From Hamiltosporidium tvaerminnensis FI-OER-3-3 (taxonomy: Eukaryota; Fungi; Microsporidia), in NCBI GenBank assembly GCA_022605425.2, contig CM061251.1:124001-188000 (forward strand): DNA of 64,000 nt. The letters run 5' to 3'. How positions within the stretch are numbered: the first letter of the stretch is position 1; each line of letters starts with the position of its first letter. Positions 1 to 13,740 of the stretch are shown here, one piece after another. The translations under genes and the position numbers were made by a program. The notes beneath the pieces are model-generated. The model was given only the letters and a program-made list of their open reading frames with translations, was not told where the DNA came from and made no database searches.

Positions 1-2
1 TG

Positions 3-488
3 GAATACATCTCGAAGCCAATCATTACAAAAGTTTTAAGTGATTCCATTCAATTTAATAAAATATGTGAATTTTCTAATAATATGGGTACTTTTCAAAA
101 TGAAACAGAAGATCTTAACTTTCCCCGGATTTTAATAGAGATCTTTTATGAAGAAAATGAGGTGAATTATATAAAAACTTTATATGAATGGCTAATGAAA
201 AAAAAAGAATATCATAAATATATCTCTGCTGTATTATGTTTAAAGGCTTTCTGTTTTAAAGGAAAATTTTCGGACAAAAATATTATAAGCAGAATCCTTA
301 TTGAATTTTTATTCCTTGCAGATGTGTTAAAAAGGGAATTACATAAAACTGGCAATGTAGAAGAAATAAATAAGTGTAGAGAGGTTTATGTTAATGGTTT
401 GAAAGCCCAAATCGAGTTTTCAAATAAAAAATATGCTGATAACACACCAGTTGGTTATTTGGGCGATAGTAAAGTGCTAAAAACATAA
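3..488 (+). CDS. 3' part of a hypothetical protein; the frame is open from the window edge
   Basis: The frame of ORF 84..488 has no stop back to position 3 (EYISKPIITKVLSDS...), so the gene probably starts upstream. No family recognised. Confidence 0.55.
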   Translation, partial: EYISKPIITKVLSDSIQFNKICEFSNNMGTFQNETEDLNFPRILIEIFYEENEVNYIKTLYEWLMKKKEYHKYISAVLCLKAFCFKGKFSDKNIISRILIEFLFLADVLKRELHKTGNVEEINKCREVYVNGLKAQIEFSNKKYADNTPVGYLGDSKVLKT

Positions 489-3400
489 ATTTTATTGGTA
501 ATATACTGTTATATAAAAGTCTTTTCCAATGAAGATTCTATAAATTATATGATGAAACAAATAAAAGAAAAATTAAATAAAGTGCAAAATACACAAAACA
601 AAATATTTTGTACTCCATGGAAAGGTATCTTGCATATATTTTTGAAAATGAAATTTAACAATTTACTTCTGATGAACGAATACACCTTTTTGGAACATCT
701 AATCCACAATAACTTGGTACCCCGGGCTCTTCTGCATCTAAAAAGTTGACATAGTGGGGCTTCAGAGAGCTAATTTTATTCATAGTTGTGCTATTTCTAG
801 TCCTTTCTGGTATTTTATTTGGAATATACTGGTATTTCCATCCTAATAAGTAAAAGAATAAAATATTTTGAATACTGAATCATTTCCTCTTTAACGTAAT
901 TGCTTTATTTCATCTTATTTTTTTCTATTTAATACGATTTTTGAATTTTACATTTTTACAATATTATAAGTTATTTGAATTCCAGTCTTCTTTCTATAAA
1001 TCACAGTAGAAATCATATGTATCATTAAATCTATTCGATTCTTATCTTTCTAATCCTTTTTTATTGATTTCATGTTTTAAATGTAGCTTTCAGCTTTTTA
1101 TATGATATACATGGTAATGTTTCCGAATTTGATTGGAATTCCAATCTTGATTCTGAAAATTCAACTTTATAGAAAAACGGTTTCAACTGTATTTTTATGA
1201 TTCTTTTCTACTTTTCCGCAATTCTTAGATCCTAAGGAGCTTCTCATGTTGCATTATTTTATTTATTAATAATACAACGAGAACTTATAAATAAACTTTT
1301 ATCCAAGACTATGGCCTAGTAATAAGATCAAATTCTCGGGTCAAAGAGTCTTCATTCATTAATTTCTCAATTCAAAACCTAGATGCGAGTCTAGTAGTAA
1401 TGTTTTGGTATCCAAATATCTTTTATTTTTTTTCAAATGTATTGTGGTATTCCATCATGTTTTTTTTTTCAATTCCTTCCTTCGGCTTTCTCCCTGTAGA
1501 ATTGATATCTGGCAAAATGATAAATCCAGCAATTATTATCGCCATGCTTGATCTTATAGGGTCATCAAAGAAATAAAATAAACGTTTTTTTTTTGGTTTG
1601 CAACTGTTTTTAGGGAAAATTATGGTGAAAGGAAAAAGTTTAAATCCAATATTTGAAACTATAAACTTTGAAATAATATCATAGAAAAAATATCTGTTCC
1701 AACAAGAGTCTATTTCCCCCAGTTTAATCTGCTTATCTTCCTCGCAACTTTCTTTAGGATGTCTGTGTATTATATTAAGTTATTCTCTATATTTTGACCT
1801 AAAAAAATAGTAAAATAATGCAAAAACATGAGTGTGCAACAAAAATAAACTTTCGATAAAAATTAATTTATATTAGTTTGGATATATTATATTAAATTTT
1901 ACATTTATTACAATTATTGTATTTGAAACTGAACGAAAATATAAAAAAGTCTGGTAAACTAAAACAACAGAAAACATCTGTAATTTTTAGTAGTATTAAA
2001 CACAGGAAACTCGAAAAATGATATATAATATAAAAATGTTTTCCCAATCTGCTTCGAATTAAAAGCGGAGATATTTACAGGTTTGAGAAAACTCCTATTT
2101 TTAGAACTTAGAAGTAAAAACGACTGGCTTAAATTATATTTTCATTGAAAATATATTGTATAAATAACCTTAAATTTATACGGCTATTTTTTTAGTTTTA
2201 TTATATTTCCGAGCACATATTTTACAAAATTCATGAACAAACAAAGTGGTACATCTGTTCGCTTTGTAGCCCGCATTTAATTTTTTAGCGTAAAGAATGT
2301 GAACATTAAAGTAATTATTGTATCATCTGATTTGGCTGTATTTAACTATTTTTTGAAATACCTGGCCATATGATACTTCATGACAAGTCGGAGTTATTAT
2401 AAATTTTCTTTCAATATTATTCCTTCATAATACATTCGTAATTTAGTAATAGAAAGTTGACTTCTTCAGATGATATGATGTCATTTGATGCGTTGGTCTG
2501 TATAATTATAAATATTTCATACCTCTTTATCAAGGATACTATCTCCTAGAAAAATAATTTTGAATTTCTGTTCATCGTTTATCTAATCTAGTGATGTATT
2601 GACTGGGGACTCAGCTCGAAATGTTAAATTTTTTATAAAAATATTTAATCTAATTATTGTTGAACATCTTTTATACGTCTTAGTAAATTATCCCAAAAGA
2701 ATCAATAAATATCTGCTCTACATTTTTAAAGTAGTAATTTTAAATAAGATTTAATCTAATATATTTATTTGTATTTCTTGCAAAAGCTGATTTATATGCA
2801 CATTAATAATTCCATGTATATTTAATGTTTTTTTTGTCTCTTCACTGAAAAATCGATTCATTCTCCTAATAATAACCGCAAAAAAAGATATTGTCCGAAT
2901 AGCTATGAAATTTTATACCTGATTAATTTAAAAAAATTTACATATAAAACAACTAGGAAATTATAGAATTAATAAATTATTAATATATCATATACCTAAG
3001 AAGCCGCTTCAAACGAATAAATTACAACGAGAAAGAAAAAAGACAGTGGTAAAATTTGTGGTAAACCGAACAGAATAAATATAAAATGCGAAGTAAAACA
3101 CTAAAAATTAAAATAAAATATCAAAGAAGATTAAAAATATGCAAATTAAAAAATAGCTTAGGTTTTCATTGGGGATTTACCTAGAGCGACCAATAATTCA
3201 GAAATGAAAGACCAAAAGAATAAAGAGTAGCAAATCACGTAAAGTAATAAACCCACTTCATAATATTAAGAAATTATAGCACAGCAAATCGAGTTTAGGA
3301 AGAAAATCTACTTTGTATCCTTAAGAATGTAAAATCAAGTTCGTTTTAACGAGCAAATTAGCTAGTATTTCTACTTTTTAATTACTTTGTTTAGATTCTA

Positions 3401-5648
3401 AACTCATGGGTTTGAAAGTATTCTCAATAAAGAAGAATTTTAATAATCTAAAATAAAATTTTTATATTATGTATCTCTCCCAAGTGTATTTAAACTACGC
3501 ACGCGAAGATATTTTATTCGCTCTAAATATAAATTTATCCGGTAATCTACACTTTTTAATAAAGAGGTTTTCTTAATAAGAAAATAAAAATTATAAATAA
3601 AGTTAAAATTATAGATAATCTTAGTATGAATTTCTAATACGAAGAAGTTATTTGGTTTTCCACGTTTTTTAAACCAGGAATCTTTTTTTTATTATTTTAT
3701 ACTAAAAATCAAATTGTGATAACTAAAAATTTATTGGTAGAAAAAACTATTGATGTAGTTGAGGTTTTTCCCTTATAATTTCTTGAAATTTTAGTACCCT
3801 TTTACCAGTAGGAATTATCAGCAGCAACTTCAAGTGCTCATCTGTTAAATGATATGTAAGTATTTTTTGTGTATTTCTTTTAAAAGAATATATTGTCACC
3901 TAATTTCTAGTGACGAAAGCAGAAAAAAACTTTCAAGCAACTTCATGAAAGTTATTGAATTTAGTTGCTGAAAAATTATAATTAATTTCGAGCAATTAAA
4001 TGGAAAATTCCACTTTAGAAATATTGTTTAGACGCATATTAACCTTTTTTTAAAGCCTGTATGTAATTTTAAACACTTAATTCAAAAATATTGAAAATAA
4101 ACATAGAAGAATATTTTCTAAACGTTGGTATAAAATCTAATGAATTCTTTGCCTCAAGATTTTTATAAAACTCGATGTATTTCGCGGCCAAAAAGGTTGG
4201 AAATTCTTGTTCTTTCAATGTAAATGTTTTAATTTTTAGAATATATATTTGAGTCTGTTTTTATTAGCTTAATAGCTGGTAAAAAATAATAGAGTAGAAT
4301 TTATGTTTCTAAGACAGTTTCCCATTTAATACTCGTATTCGGAATAAAAATTTGGTAAAAACTTATTTGAACAATATCATGAATATTAATTTACTCAGAT
4401 TAGAATATTACATATGAGAAGAAGGTGGAAATTATGCAATTAATTATTACTCAATATATCATGCTAAGTAAAATATATTATTTTGTACAAAGAAAGAGCT
4501 CTCATACCTATAAGCCAACAAAAATCAAGTGAAATACGATTGAAAATATGTTAAACTTGAAAAGAACTGGGAATAATGATATGAAATTTCAAAAAAATAT
4601 TAAGCAACGAAAAAAAGAGTTGAAAAATATTCCAAAAAAAAGATCTAGAACTTTTATTGTGAAATTTTTAAAAGAAGAAAAAGAATTCAGAAATGAAAAC
4701 TCTTTAGAAATAATTAAGAAAACATATTAGTAGAGGTTATAAAAGCCTAAATAAAAATAATATGTTAGTACTGGTCATTCAAGGATACTTAAAGATGTAA
4801 ATCTAATTTTCGTCATTCTTTTATTGTTGAATGAAAAATTTGATCGATTTTTACGAGCGTAAAAGCTAATTATTATGTATTTCCTAAAAAGGAATTAGTG
4901 TGTATTTCCTAAAAAGGTATATTTTGAACCACATTAAATATATTTTTTTTATAAATTCTTCTATTTACCATTCAGAAAGCTCTTTTTTAGAGCGTTAAAA
5001 ATTGGTTTGGTTTAATAGAATACTATATACCAAGCTAAATCTTTTACATATTTAAAATAGAATCAAAGACAACTTAAATTCAACTGTAAGCACTTTTAAA
5101 GACGTAGTTTCTACTTTATTCTTTTATTGAATATATTTAATAATTTACTAAATAATCGTTTTAAAATATTATAAATAGTATTCCCTTAAACATTTCTGGT
5201 GACCAACTTATTAAAAATCTGAGAATTTTATTGATTTCTCAATTCTATTGGTAGGAAAAAATATTATGAGATTTATTAACTAGAAAAATATCTCGATATT
5301 ATTATACATTACCGTTGTGATAATTCCTTATGTGATAACCATGATAGGTACTTGAATAAAAACCATAACAGATGCATTAAAAGGCTTCAAGTACGAATAA
5401 ATGTATAGATAAAAATTCAATCTTCTCCTTAAAGACAGTCGAAACATATACTTTGAAAGATAAAGAGTATTTGATCAGGATAAAATACTGAAGAGAGTGG
5501 AAGAAGACCTAACTAGTGTTATACAAAAACCAAAAAGTACACGAGAAAAAAATACTATTCATTAGAGTTAAAGTAACGCGAATGTTGTGTTAATAGGAAA
5601 GAAAAAATCTTTATTCTATAAATTAAATCTCGTAACTACATTTGAGCA

Positions 5649-5887
5649 TCCCCACCATGTCGGGAGCAGAATTAGCTTGGAGTATTCTCTGTTTTTCGTA
5701 AGAGGCGATTAAAAGGGACTGATCCTTCATGTTGAGGTTGGGCGTAGGGCTAACAACCCACCCTTTTAAAAATACTTTGTGACGAAACCCGATAAGTAAA
5801 CATTTTCATTGGAAAAAGACCGGTGGGCGGTATTACCAAGGGAGGCCAAGGCTCGCACAGGGCTGTGGTGCCAAGGATGAATAAATA
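5649..5887 (+). mobile_element. Family A copy 1: ~240-bp non-autonomous RTE-derived retroposon
   Basis: Exact 15-bp TSD aactacatttgagca (5634-5648, 5888-5902). RTE-like 5' blocks (cgtaagaggcgattaaaaggg; gttgggcgtagggctaacaaccc) and 3' end (ggaggccaaggc...gggctgtggtgccaag) followed by a gatgaataaataa tail. Confidence 0.85.
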
Positions 5888-6259
5888 AACTACATTTGAG
5901 CAATTGACAATAAACATAAAATAAGCATCGGGTTTTGATAAAAAAAAGTGGTAAGAATTTAAACGAAAAATATTTATAAATCAAAAGAAAATCTATATTC
6001 GAATAAAATGTTTATCAAGTAATAATTAAATATTTATTAAATATATAATTTCTTTCTGTTCCTCAATTTAATTAATCCCTCAATTTTTAGCGTTCCTTTC
6101 CCTACAGTGAAAACAAAAACCACGAGTGAATTATAGATTCTCCAAATCAATCCCTTTATTCTTCCTAATCATACCCCTCTATCTAATCACTTCATTTCTC
6201 CTTTAATTTCCCCTTTATTTCTTTTAAATATTTAATTTTTATTTAAAATTTATTTTCCC

Positions 6260-7210
6260 ATGGAATTAGAAAAATCACTGATATTTTCATTTGTATTTGG
6301 TTCATTATGTTTCGGTTATTTAATTATATTGCAATATATAATTAAAAGTAATTATAATACTTTTGTATTCACACATACACTATTTGTATCTATTATATCA
6401 TTTATTTTGAATTTTATAGGACGAGATAGAAAAGTGAGCATTATACAGATTATTCCTATAATATTTTCTATTTTATATGGTGTATTAGATTATATAATAA
6501 TCATATGTTTGTGTAATACGTTAAGTAGTAAGTCTTATGCATATATTTTGATATTCATTGGTATTATATTGTTTTGTCTGTTACTGATGACAATGAAATT
6601 AACTATTATGATTTTACCAGCTTTTTTTTTAAATTATATTTTTTTACAATTATTTATTAAATTGGAGGTATTTGAAGCAACTGGGACTGGATTTTCGTTA
6701 GAAAATATTGAATTTGGGTTGGTGAAAAATGATATGTCAAGTTATATTTTAGCGATGATTGCAGGTATATTTGTACGATTTATGGCTGTAAAGAAGATGA
6801 GGCATCATACTTCTGATAGGAATTATGGGGTACTGAGTAGTTTTTGGATGGTTGTTGTTTCAGTTATATGTGTTTTGTATAAATATGGTGATTTTGTAGA
6901 TGAGTGTAAGGTAGTATCTAAATATCCGTTAAGTTTTATTGGTTGTGGAATTTTGGGTGCACTTTCGCATTTTTTGATGGCAAAGTATGGGAAAATGATG
7001 GATTTTCATTATATTTTAGGGTTTCAGGCAGTTTTTTGTATTGTAGGGCAGCTGGCATTTTTTGCAATGAAAAATTATGAATTTTTTATGAAAACGGTTG
7101 TTGAAAAGGAACTTTCGATGATTTATTTACCGTTTCTGTGTATCTCAATATCTACTTTGTTGTTTTTATATCCTCATAAAATGTATTACTATTGGGATGA
7201 TGAGTGGTAG
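6260..7210 (+). CDS. Multipass membrane protein (about 9-10 hydrophobic segments; possibly DMT/EamA-like transporter)
   Basis: 316-aa ORF with alternating hydrophobic helices; ttttcccATG start context. Family inferred only from size and topology. Confidence 0.7.
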   Translation: MELEKSLIFSFVFGSLCFGYLIILQYIIKSNYNTFVFTHTLFVSIISFILNFIGRDRKVSIIQIIPIIFSILYGVLDYIIIICLCNTLSSKSYAYILIFIGIILFCLLLMTMKLTIMILPAFFLNYIFLQLFIKLEVFEATGTGFSLENIEFGLVKNDMSSYILAMIAGIFVRFMAVKKMRHHTSDRNYGVLSSFWMVVVSVICVLYKYGDFVDECKVVSKYPLSFIGCGILGALSHFLMAKYGKMMDFHYILGFQAVFCIVGQLAFFAMKNYEFFMKTVVEKELSMIYLPFLCISISTLLFLYPHKMYYYWDDEW

Positions 7211-8529
7211 AGGGACCGGGGATGGTGTGAGATGTATCGAAGGATTAGAATTTTTGTTAAGAAAAAACTAGATAGTCAGTCTTGGTATAATCAGTAAAAA
7301 AAATAATTAAGATAAATACTGGTACGTGGCAACGTACAGAAGGATGCATTCTAGGAAAAAGGTCGATTCTTATAAAATATTTTGATATTTGATTTCGTTC
7401 ATCCTTCTTAAAATGCAAATATAGTTGTATTAAAGACTTTAAAAGTTTATTTTTCTTTGTAATGTTTTTAAATAAATAGAGATACAGTGAATAAAAATTA
7501 TAATTTATATGTGGTTTAAATTTATTTCAAATTGATTAACGATTTCTTTCCAATTTTCATTGTAAAAATAATTTTCGTTATTTAAATTACATTCTGAGAA
7601 ATTTAAGATGTAAAATTGAGTAAAAAAAACAAAATAAAAATATATTTCATTATTAAATTAGTAGCATTTTTATTTTGCTGCTATTTTACCATTTATTGTA
7701 TTATATACGTCGTTCTATATGTTTTAGTTGTTTTAATTTAGGTTTTTGTGCATTTGAAACAAAAGGTACATTTTTATTTTATATTAATAATAGATTTTAT
7801 TAGGATAAGTGTTTTATTCCTAAATATATTCTCCCATTAATTAAAAATATTACCTTTTCACATGTATTCATAACACATCTTAGCGGTATTACTCTAATAC
7901 ACCTATTATTTCTAGTTTCAACATATTTTCAATTTTTATTTTCCAAAATATAATATTTTACTCCGCTTCACGTTGTTTTCTATTGAATTATTAGTACTAT
8001 AGTGTCTCTGTACTTACACATATTCCAGTTTTTTATTTTACAGTTTATTGCTGACATTTATTTTCATAGGTTTTATAGCCTAAATAGAGTTATATTACAT
8101 TTAAAATATTCAATTTTGTCTGTTTTAAACGAGATTAAAGGAAAGAAAAGGTAGCTTAATCATTTCGAAGCAAAAATTTTTAAATTCGTTTGTATCACGT
8201 TTCAAGAAATGAAACTTAATTCGAAAAAATAAAAAGATTTAAACAAAATTAATTCCATCAAACAATTGTTTAGAAGCGAATATATTTTGCTATATAATTT
8301 CGCGAAATATAATAGAAAGCCGGTATAATTTACAATGAAACGTTTGGTGTAATAAAAAACAGTTGAAAACAAAAATACACTAAGAAAATAAAGATTTAGG
8401 TGAAGAATGTCGAAATAATGGATGTATTAAGATGATTGCAAGCTTACAAAAATTATTTAACTATAGAAAAAATCAAAAATAAATTCTGATAGAGAGTTTA
8501 CAAAATTATTTATTTTGACCTGTAGGTTT

Positions 8530-8952
8530 ATTTATACTTACTTACTCTTTCCGGTTTTCTTTTACCTCTCGGTGTTGAGAATGAACAGATGTAATGCTAA
8601 CGTATTCGTTGCTGGTATTCACTAGCATTTCCCTAGTCGATTCCTTTATGTGAACCCGTTTTACAAGAGTACAATCGTTTTAAAAATCAAAAAGTTCTTC
8701 GGTTTTTTTTCGAACCTTATTACTTCCACGCTCGCTGGATCACAGTTCGATTTCCAAGAGAATTCGTTGATTTTTGAAAGCTGATTTAATTTTTATATTT
8801 GTTTCTTTTATTCTGGAGTAAATCCGGATTATAAGAGATTAAATCTTAGATCAAGCAAATATTTTTTCAAGAAAATTTAAACAATGATTCTCACGCTAGG
8901 GAAGCACATTAATTGCGAGACAGAAATTTGGAGGTTGTTATCCTCTCTCTGC
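8530..8952 (-). mobile_element. Family C short retroposon with a family-B-like head and (TAAG)n tail
   Basis: The minus-strand head agagagaggataacaacc...tttctgtctcgc...gtgagaatcattgttt aligns with the family B head. The 3' end accgagaggtaaa...agtaagtaagta matches copies near 9.9, 30.5 and 40.7 kb. Confidence 0.5.
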
Positions 8953-9879
8953 CGTTGAAATATATTAAATACGATTATTTCAAAATGAAAAATCATATAT
9001 CAGTAGTGTCGTAAAATATTGTGAGCAAGAATTTGGAAATGGAAACTAAGCAAGAGGAGGGTTCCCTGCTTCATTCCTTTGGATGTATTTGGTACAATTA
9101 CGTTGAAATGTAAGCTTATTTAAAAATATTAAAACATTACAGGCATGAGAAAATGACTTTGAATTAAACATGATTTTATGTTTTAAGATTGTCGTAAACT
9201 CTCTCGAGGCACCCAGATAAAAGATATATTTTATAGAGGCAGACTTTATCATTTGAATAAAAGGGTTTGTTGACCCGTATAACCAAAGAATTAATTTGAT
9301 TAACGAAAGACTTATTCATATTAACATTCCAATTCTTCGTTTTCCTTACTTCTACCATTGGGGCTTAAATAAAACTTAATTTTATATTTTATAAGGGAAT
9401 TCATAAACCCATAATCATGTAGTTCTACTACAATGATAAACACAACTCTCTGTATATGCGAAAAAAACACTAAATTCCGTGACATAGAAGGCAAAATCAA
9501 ATATATCGACAATAGAATGCTTATTGACACAAAAGAAGCCAATATAATGCGTTCGACATGAAGACTGCTACAGTTATATAATAATGAGGGTCTAAAACAC
9601 TCAGAAACAATAGAAGATAAGACAGACCCTAACCACTCACTCACTTGAAGATTCCAAACAAAAATAATTTTCGGAATGTAAAAGGCACTTAAGAATAAAT
9701 TAAATGTGATTAATATATTAAAGCACTTGGACAAAAAACAACGTTTTCATTAGTTATTTTACAAGAGCATTCCGCGTTCGACTGGCTGAATTTTTAAATC
9801 TAATGATGAAAAAAGTATAAATTTGCTAAAAAAACAAGATAAATCTAAGATCGAAGGACAGCAAGCGTCTAATATATTT

Positions 9880-10020
9880 TACTTAATTAGTTATTCCTGT
9901 CCTCTATTTACCTCTCGGGTTCGAGGATTAACAAATGAAAATTTTCCATTTGTTTCTTTTAATAGGTATAACGCGGTATTATAGAGAGATGTGCCTACAG
10001 ATCCAACTATATCTACTATA
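9880..10020 (-). mobile_element. Family C 3' fragment
   Basis: tacctctcgg...acaaatgaaaattttccatttgt...cctacagatccaac aligns with 40683-40800. Confidence 0.6.
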
Positions 10021-11575
10021 CCGGACTTAAAAGATATCTACACAGACCTGTCTAAAAATCAGAATATAAATTATCAGATCAGCGATTTAAAGAAGAATAA
10101 GAAATATCATCGATTAAACACACATACTTCTTAAAACATAAAAACTACTAAGACAGATTTTTAAGTGATAAAAACTTCTTTGAGTATGATATTGAAAAGA
10201 TATAATTGAGAAGATGAATTTTCAGGCGGAATTATAAAAATTATTATGGCGAGTAGAGTGAAAGCTACATTCAAGGATAAAATGCATGAAATGAGGATTT
10301 ATTTTTTTCTTTTCGAAATGGTTAAAAAGAAGAATCAAACGGGGTGATAAAGCAATATTATCTTATGTTTTTAATAGAAAAATGGTTTTGTAGTGTAAAA
10401 AAAGCTTCCCTATCGTTGCCATGAGAAAGAATAATTAAACAAAATCTCCATGTAAAAAAATCTTTTATATATCATTCGCAGAAATGAATTAAATATACTG
10501 TAAATATATTTATCTGCAATTTTTTTCTATAAATCAACAGAAGGAATGAAGAAAGAATCACTTTACAGATAAAATTCTTCAAAATAAGTATGCAAAAATA
10601 GGAGTGATTACTATATTAAAATGATTTTCAAAAGTAGAAAAAAATAGACTCTATATGTTTATTCCAAATAAAAATATTCCTAAGATGAGACTTAAAAAAT
10701 TAGGAATTAATTTACAAAAAACAGTTAAAACTTTCAAAAGTTTAAGCTAAGAACATAATATTTAATGAAAACGAGTTAAGTTTTATATATAAATTCAGTA
10801 TCGAGATAATATTTTTGAGCCAACTAGAATGAACTTGTCGCAGAACACCATTGGTCATACAAAAGAACTCTAGATACGTGTAAGAATATACGCAGATATA
10901 TGTAGATAAGGCTCAAAACACAATATGAACTGTTCCTTTGGATCCATGATCGGGATTTTAGTCAAAATAAAATACATATAAACGTGTGGAAGTACCGCTA
11001 TATATCTTTAAAAAATAACCATCAAACCATGTAAGCTCATAGAAGTATTTCAAAAACAATGGAATATTTTAACTACACAAAAACGCAATGTTTTACAAAC
11101 AATTCTGAATAAACAATAAACAAGTATCTGACAAATAAGTCAAAAGTTGTCCATATATTAATAATAAAGCAAACACTGCGATAAAAGAGAGAATAGATAA
11201 GAAAAAACAAGAATAATCTTGTTAAAAAAAATTAATTACATCTAAGAAATATTTTTTTGCTGTGATTTAACAAATCACAGTATTTTTTTATCATTATTAT
11301 TATAAAAATGCGTTTATAGATTTAAATTTAAATAATATAAAAAAATTATTTAATTTGTCGTGGAATGCACTATATTTACTTTATTTGATATATTATTGAA
11401 ATTAAAAGAAATGTATTTTATTTGCTTAAAATCTCTTAATTAAAATCAAGAACACAAATTAAAATAGATTTATGATTATTTAATTATATGATTTACTGAT
11501 AATTTGTATAAAGGGGAGGATTTTTATTTGTCAGCTTTATTCATCAAGTATTTATAGCACTGTAAATTATATACC

Positions 11576-11827
11576 ATGGAGAACAAAGAAAATATCGAAA
11601 ATGAAAGAATTGATAATATAAGCAAACCAGATGAAAATGCAACGACAGCTGAACCTACACGAAAAAACTTTATCAATGAAGGTAATGAGATGAAGCAGAA
11701 AGAAGACAAGAAAGGCATTTGGTCTAAAATAAAAGGCATGGTTGGAAAGAAAATGAAAGACGAGAGTGGAAATGGAAAAAAAGACGAAACCAAGAATGCC
11801 ATCGGAAATAAAGAAACCAAGCAATAA
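11576..11827 (+). CDS. Small, highly charged hydrophilic protein (83 aa; LEA/hydrophilin-like composition)
   Basis: ccATGG start, upstream gggggagg, AATAAA overlapping the stop, locally higher GC. K/E/N-rich with an amphipathic KKGIWSKIKGMVGKK segment. Confidence 0.65.
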   Translation: MENKENIENERIDNISKPDENATTAEPTRKNFINEGNEMKQKEDKKGIWSKIKGMVGKKMKDESGNGKKDETKNAIGNKETKQ

Positions 11828-13275
11828 ATAAACTTATTTTACTTCCATATTTCTATTTTTTTGTGACGTTCATAAATTTAATTATGATTTATTGCGTATC
11901 TTTTATTGTGTATCATTATAAGCTAATCATAGGATTTGTATTTTTTTCTCTCATATTATAAGTCATTTTGTATCGATCTATATATATATTTTACGAAAGT
12001 TTTAGAATAATTTTTTTCTTATTACTTTCAAGCAAAGTACGTATTTAACTATATTATAAACTACAATTTTAACAAAGATTTTTTAAAACCACCATATTTA
12101 CGATTATAGTGTATTGCAGACTAGAAATTTTTTTAAATTTGTCTCTATTTATAAAATGCATCATTATAAGTTACCAATAAATTTATATGAGTAATATCAA
12201 AAAACTGTATCGTTGTTAAGTTACGTCATATGCTATGTATAATCGATTAATTAGTAGTTCTATGCTTTATTTTATTCGTATAAATCATATGGATTGAATA
12301 GCTTTGGAAGCATATTTTTAAAGTAATATGTATTGAAATTATGAGGGAACTATAAATCCTTTTCGGATGCATATTACAATGTATGATCAATGAAGAAATT
12401 AGATGGCTTAAAAACATAATATATTATTCTAAAGTCAATCAATTCCTTCGCTACAAAAGTCGTTGAGTAAATACTTTCTCTTGATTTGGATATGATGGTA
12501 TGATTTTGGTCATTAAATAACTCAATTTTTTTCTTAAAAGTCAAATCTGCAAAGAATATTTTTTCCCGTTCGTTTTAATGTCCACCTATTGATAGTTTCG
12601 TCATACATAATATATGAAGTTTACAAATATTTCTTATTTAACAGCTTTTTTGAAACAGTAGTACATTTTTTCCATAATGATCAAACCAATCTATTTTGGA
12701 TATTATATCAAAAATCATCATTAGAGTTATTGCAAATATTTAATTTATATATCATGTTTTTATTTATGTAATGTAGCTACCACTAAATACTTTCTTTTGT
12801 AGTCTAGACACTATACATATAAATTAAATTAAATTTTTTCCAAGACAATACATTTTATTGTTTAATTTTGTTATAAATTTGAAACAAACCATATAAATTA
12901 TGTCAAGTTAAAGCTATTAATTTAAGGATTTTGCGGATCTTCATAAATATTTTCTTTAAATCAACGTCAACCAGTATTCTGATTTAATTTTAGATTCACT
13001 CAAGTCGTTACCAAAAAAAATATAATAACAGAAATTATTCGTTTTTGGAATTTACAAGCATACAAAAGCAAAAATTATTAAATAATCTGTATATTACTAT
13101 TTGTCGAAAAAAATTCTGGTTTCCGACATATGTCAATGAAATGGCAAATATCTGATATTTCTCAAAAAAACGTATTTTTGTATATTTATTAGTAATATAT
13201 CTCTTGTATATGGTTATTTGAGCCTTTTCTTTTGTTGAATTTCTGAATATTCACTATTATAAAAATTACTCAAAT

Positions 13276-13740
13276 ATTTTTTTTTATCTTTTTGGTTGAT
13301 TTGGGTTTTATTTAATAAAATTCTGGGTTAAAATATTTTTACCATTTTTTTACATGTTTTCTTCTACCTCTTTAACCACTTTTGTCTCTTCTTCCAAATC
13401 CGACTCTTTATTTATGTTATTGGTCGGTTCCTCTAAAGTAGTATCTCCTTGTGAAATAAAGGGTGCTTTATTTTTCGGTTTAAAATTTTTTGCACCATCT
13501 TCCTCTCTCTTCTCTTCTTTTAAAGGGGGTGTTGGTTCCTCGTGCATCTCTGCTCTCATAAAAACCCCCATTCACCCCCCCCCCCCCCTCCCCCCTTTTT
13601 TTTCCCCAACAACCCCCTTTTCTTTAAAAAAAAAAATTTTTTTTTTTTTTTTTTTTTTTAAAAAAAAATAAAAAAAAACCTTAATTTTTTTTATTTTTTT
13701 AATTTAAAAAATAATATTTTTTTTTTTTAATAACACCCCC
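13276..13740 (-). mobile_element. 3' end of an RLE-type non-LTR retrotransposon; its 5' side is corrupted to homopolymers
   Basis: ORF end MRAEMHEEPTPPLK...EEPTNNINKESDLEEETKVVKEVEE is homologous to the C-terminus of the decayed RLE copy at 20.9-21.6 kb, and is followed by an A-rich tail. Confidence 0.7.
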
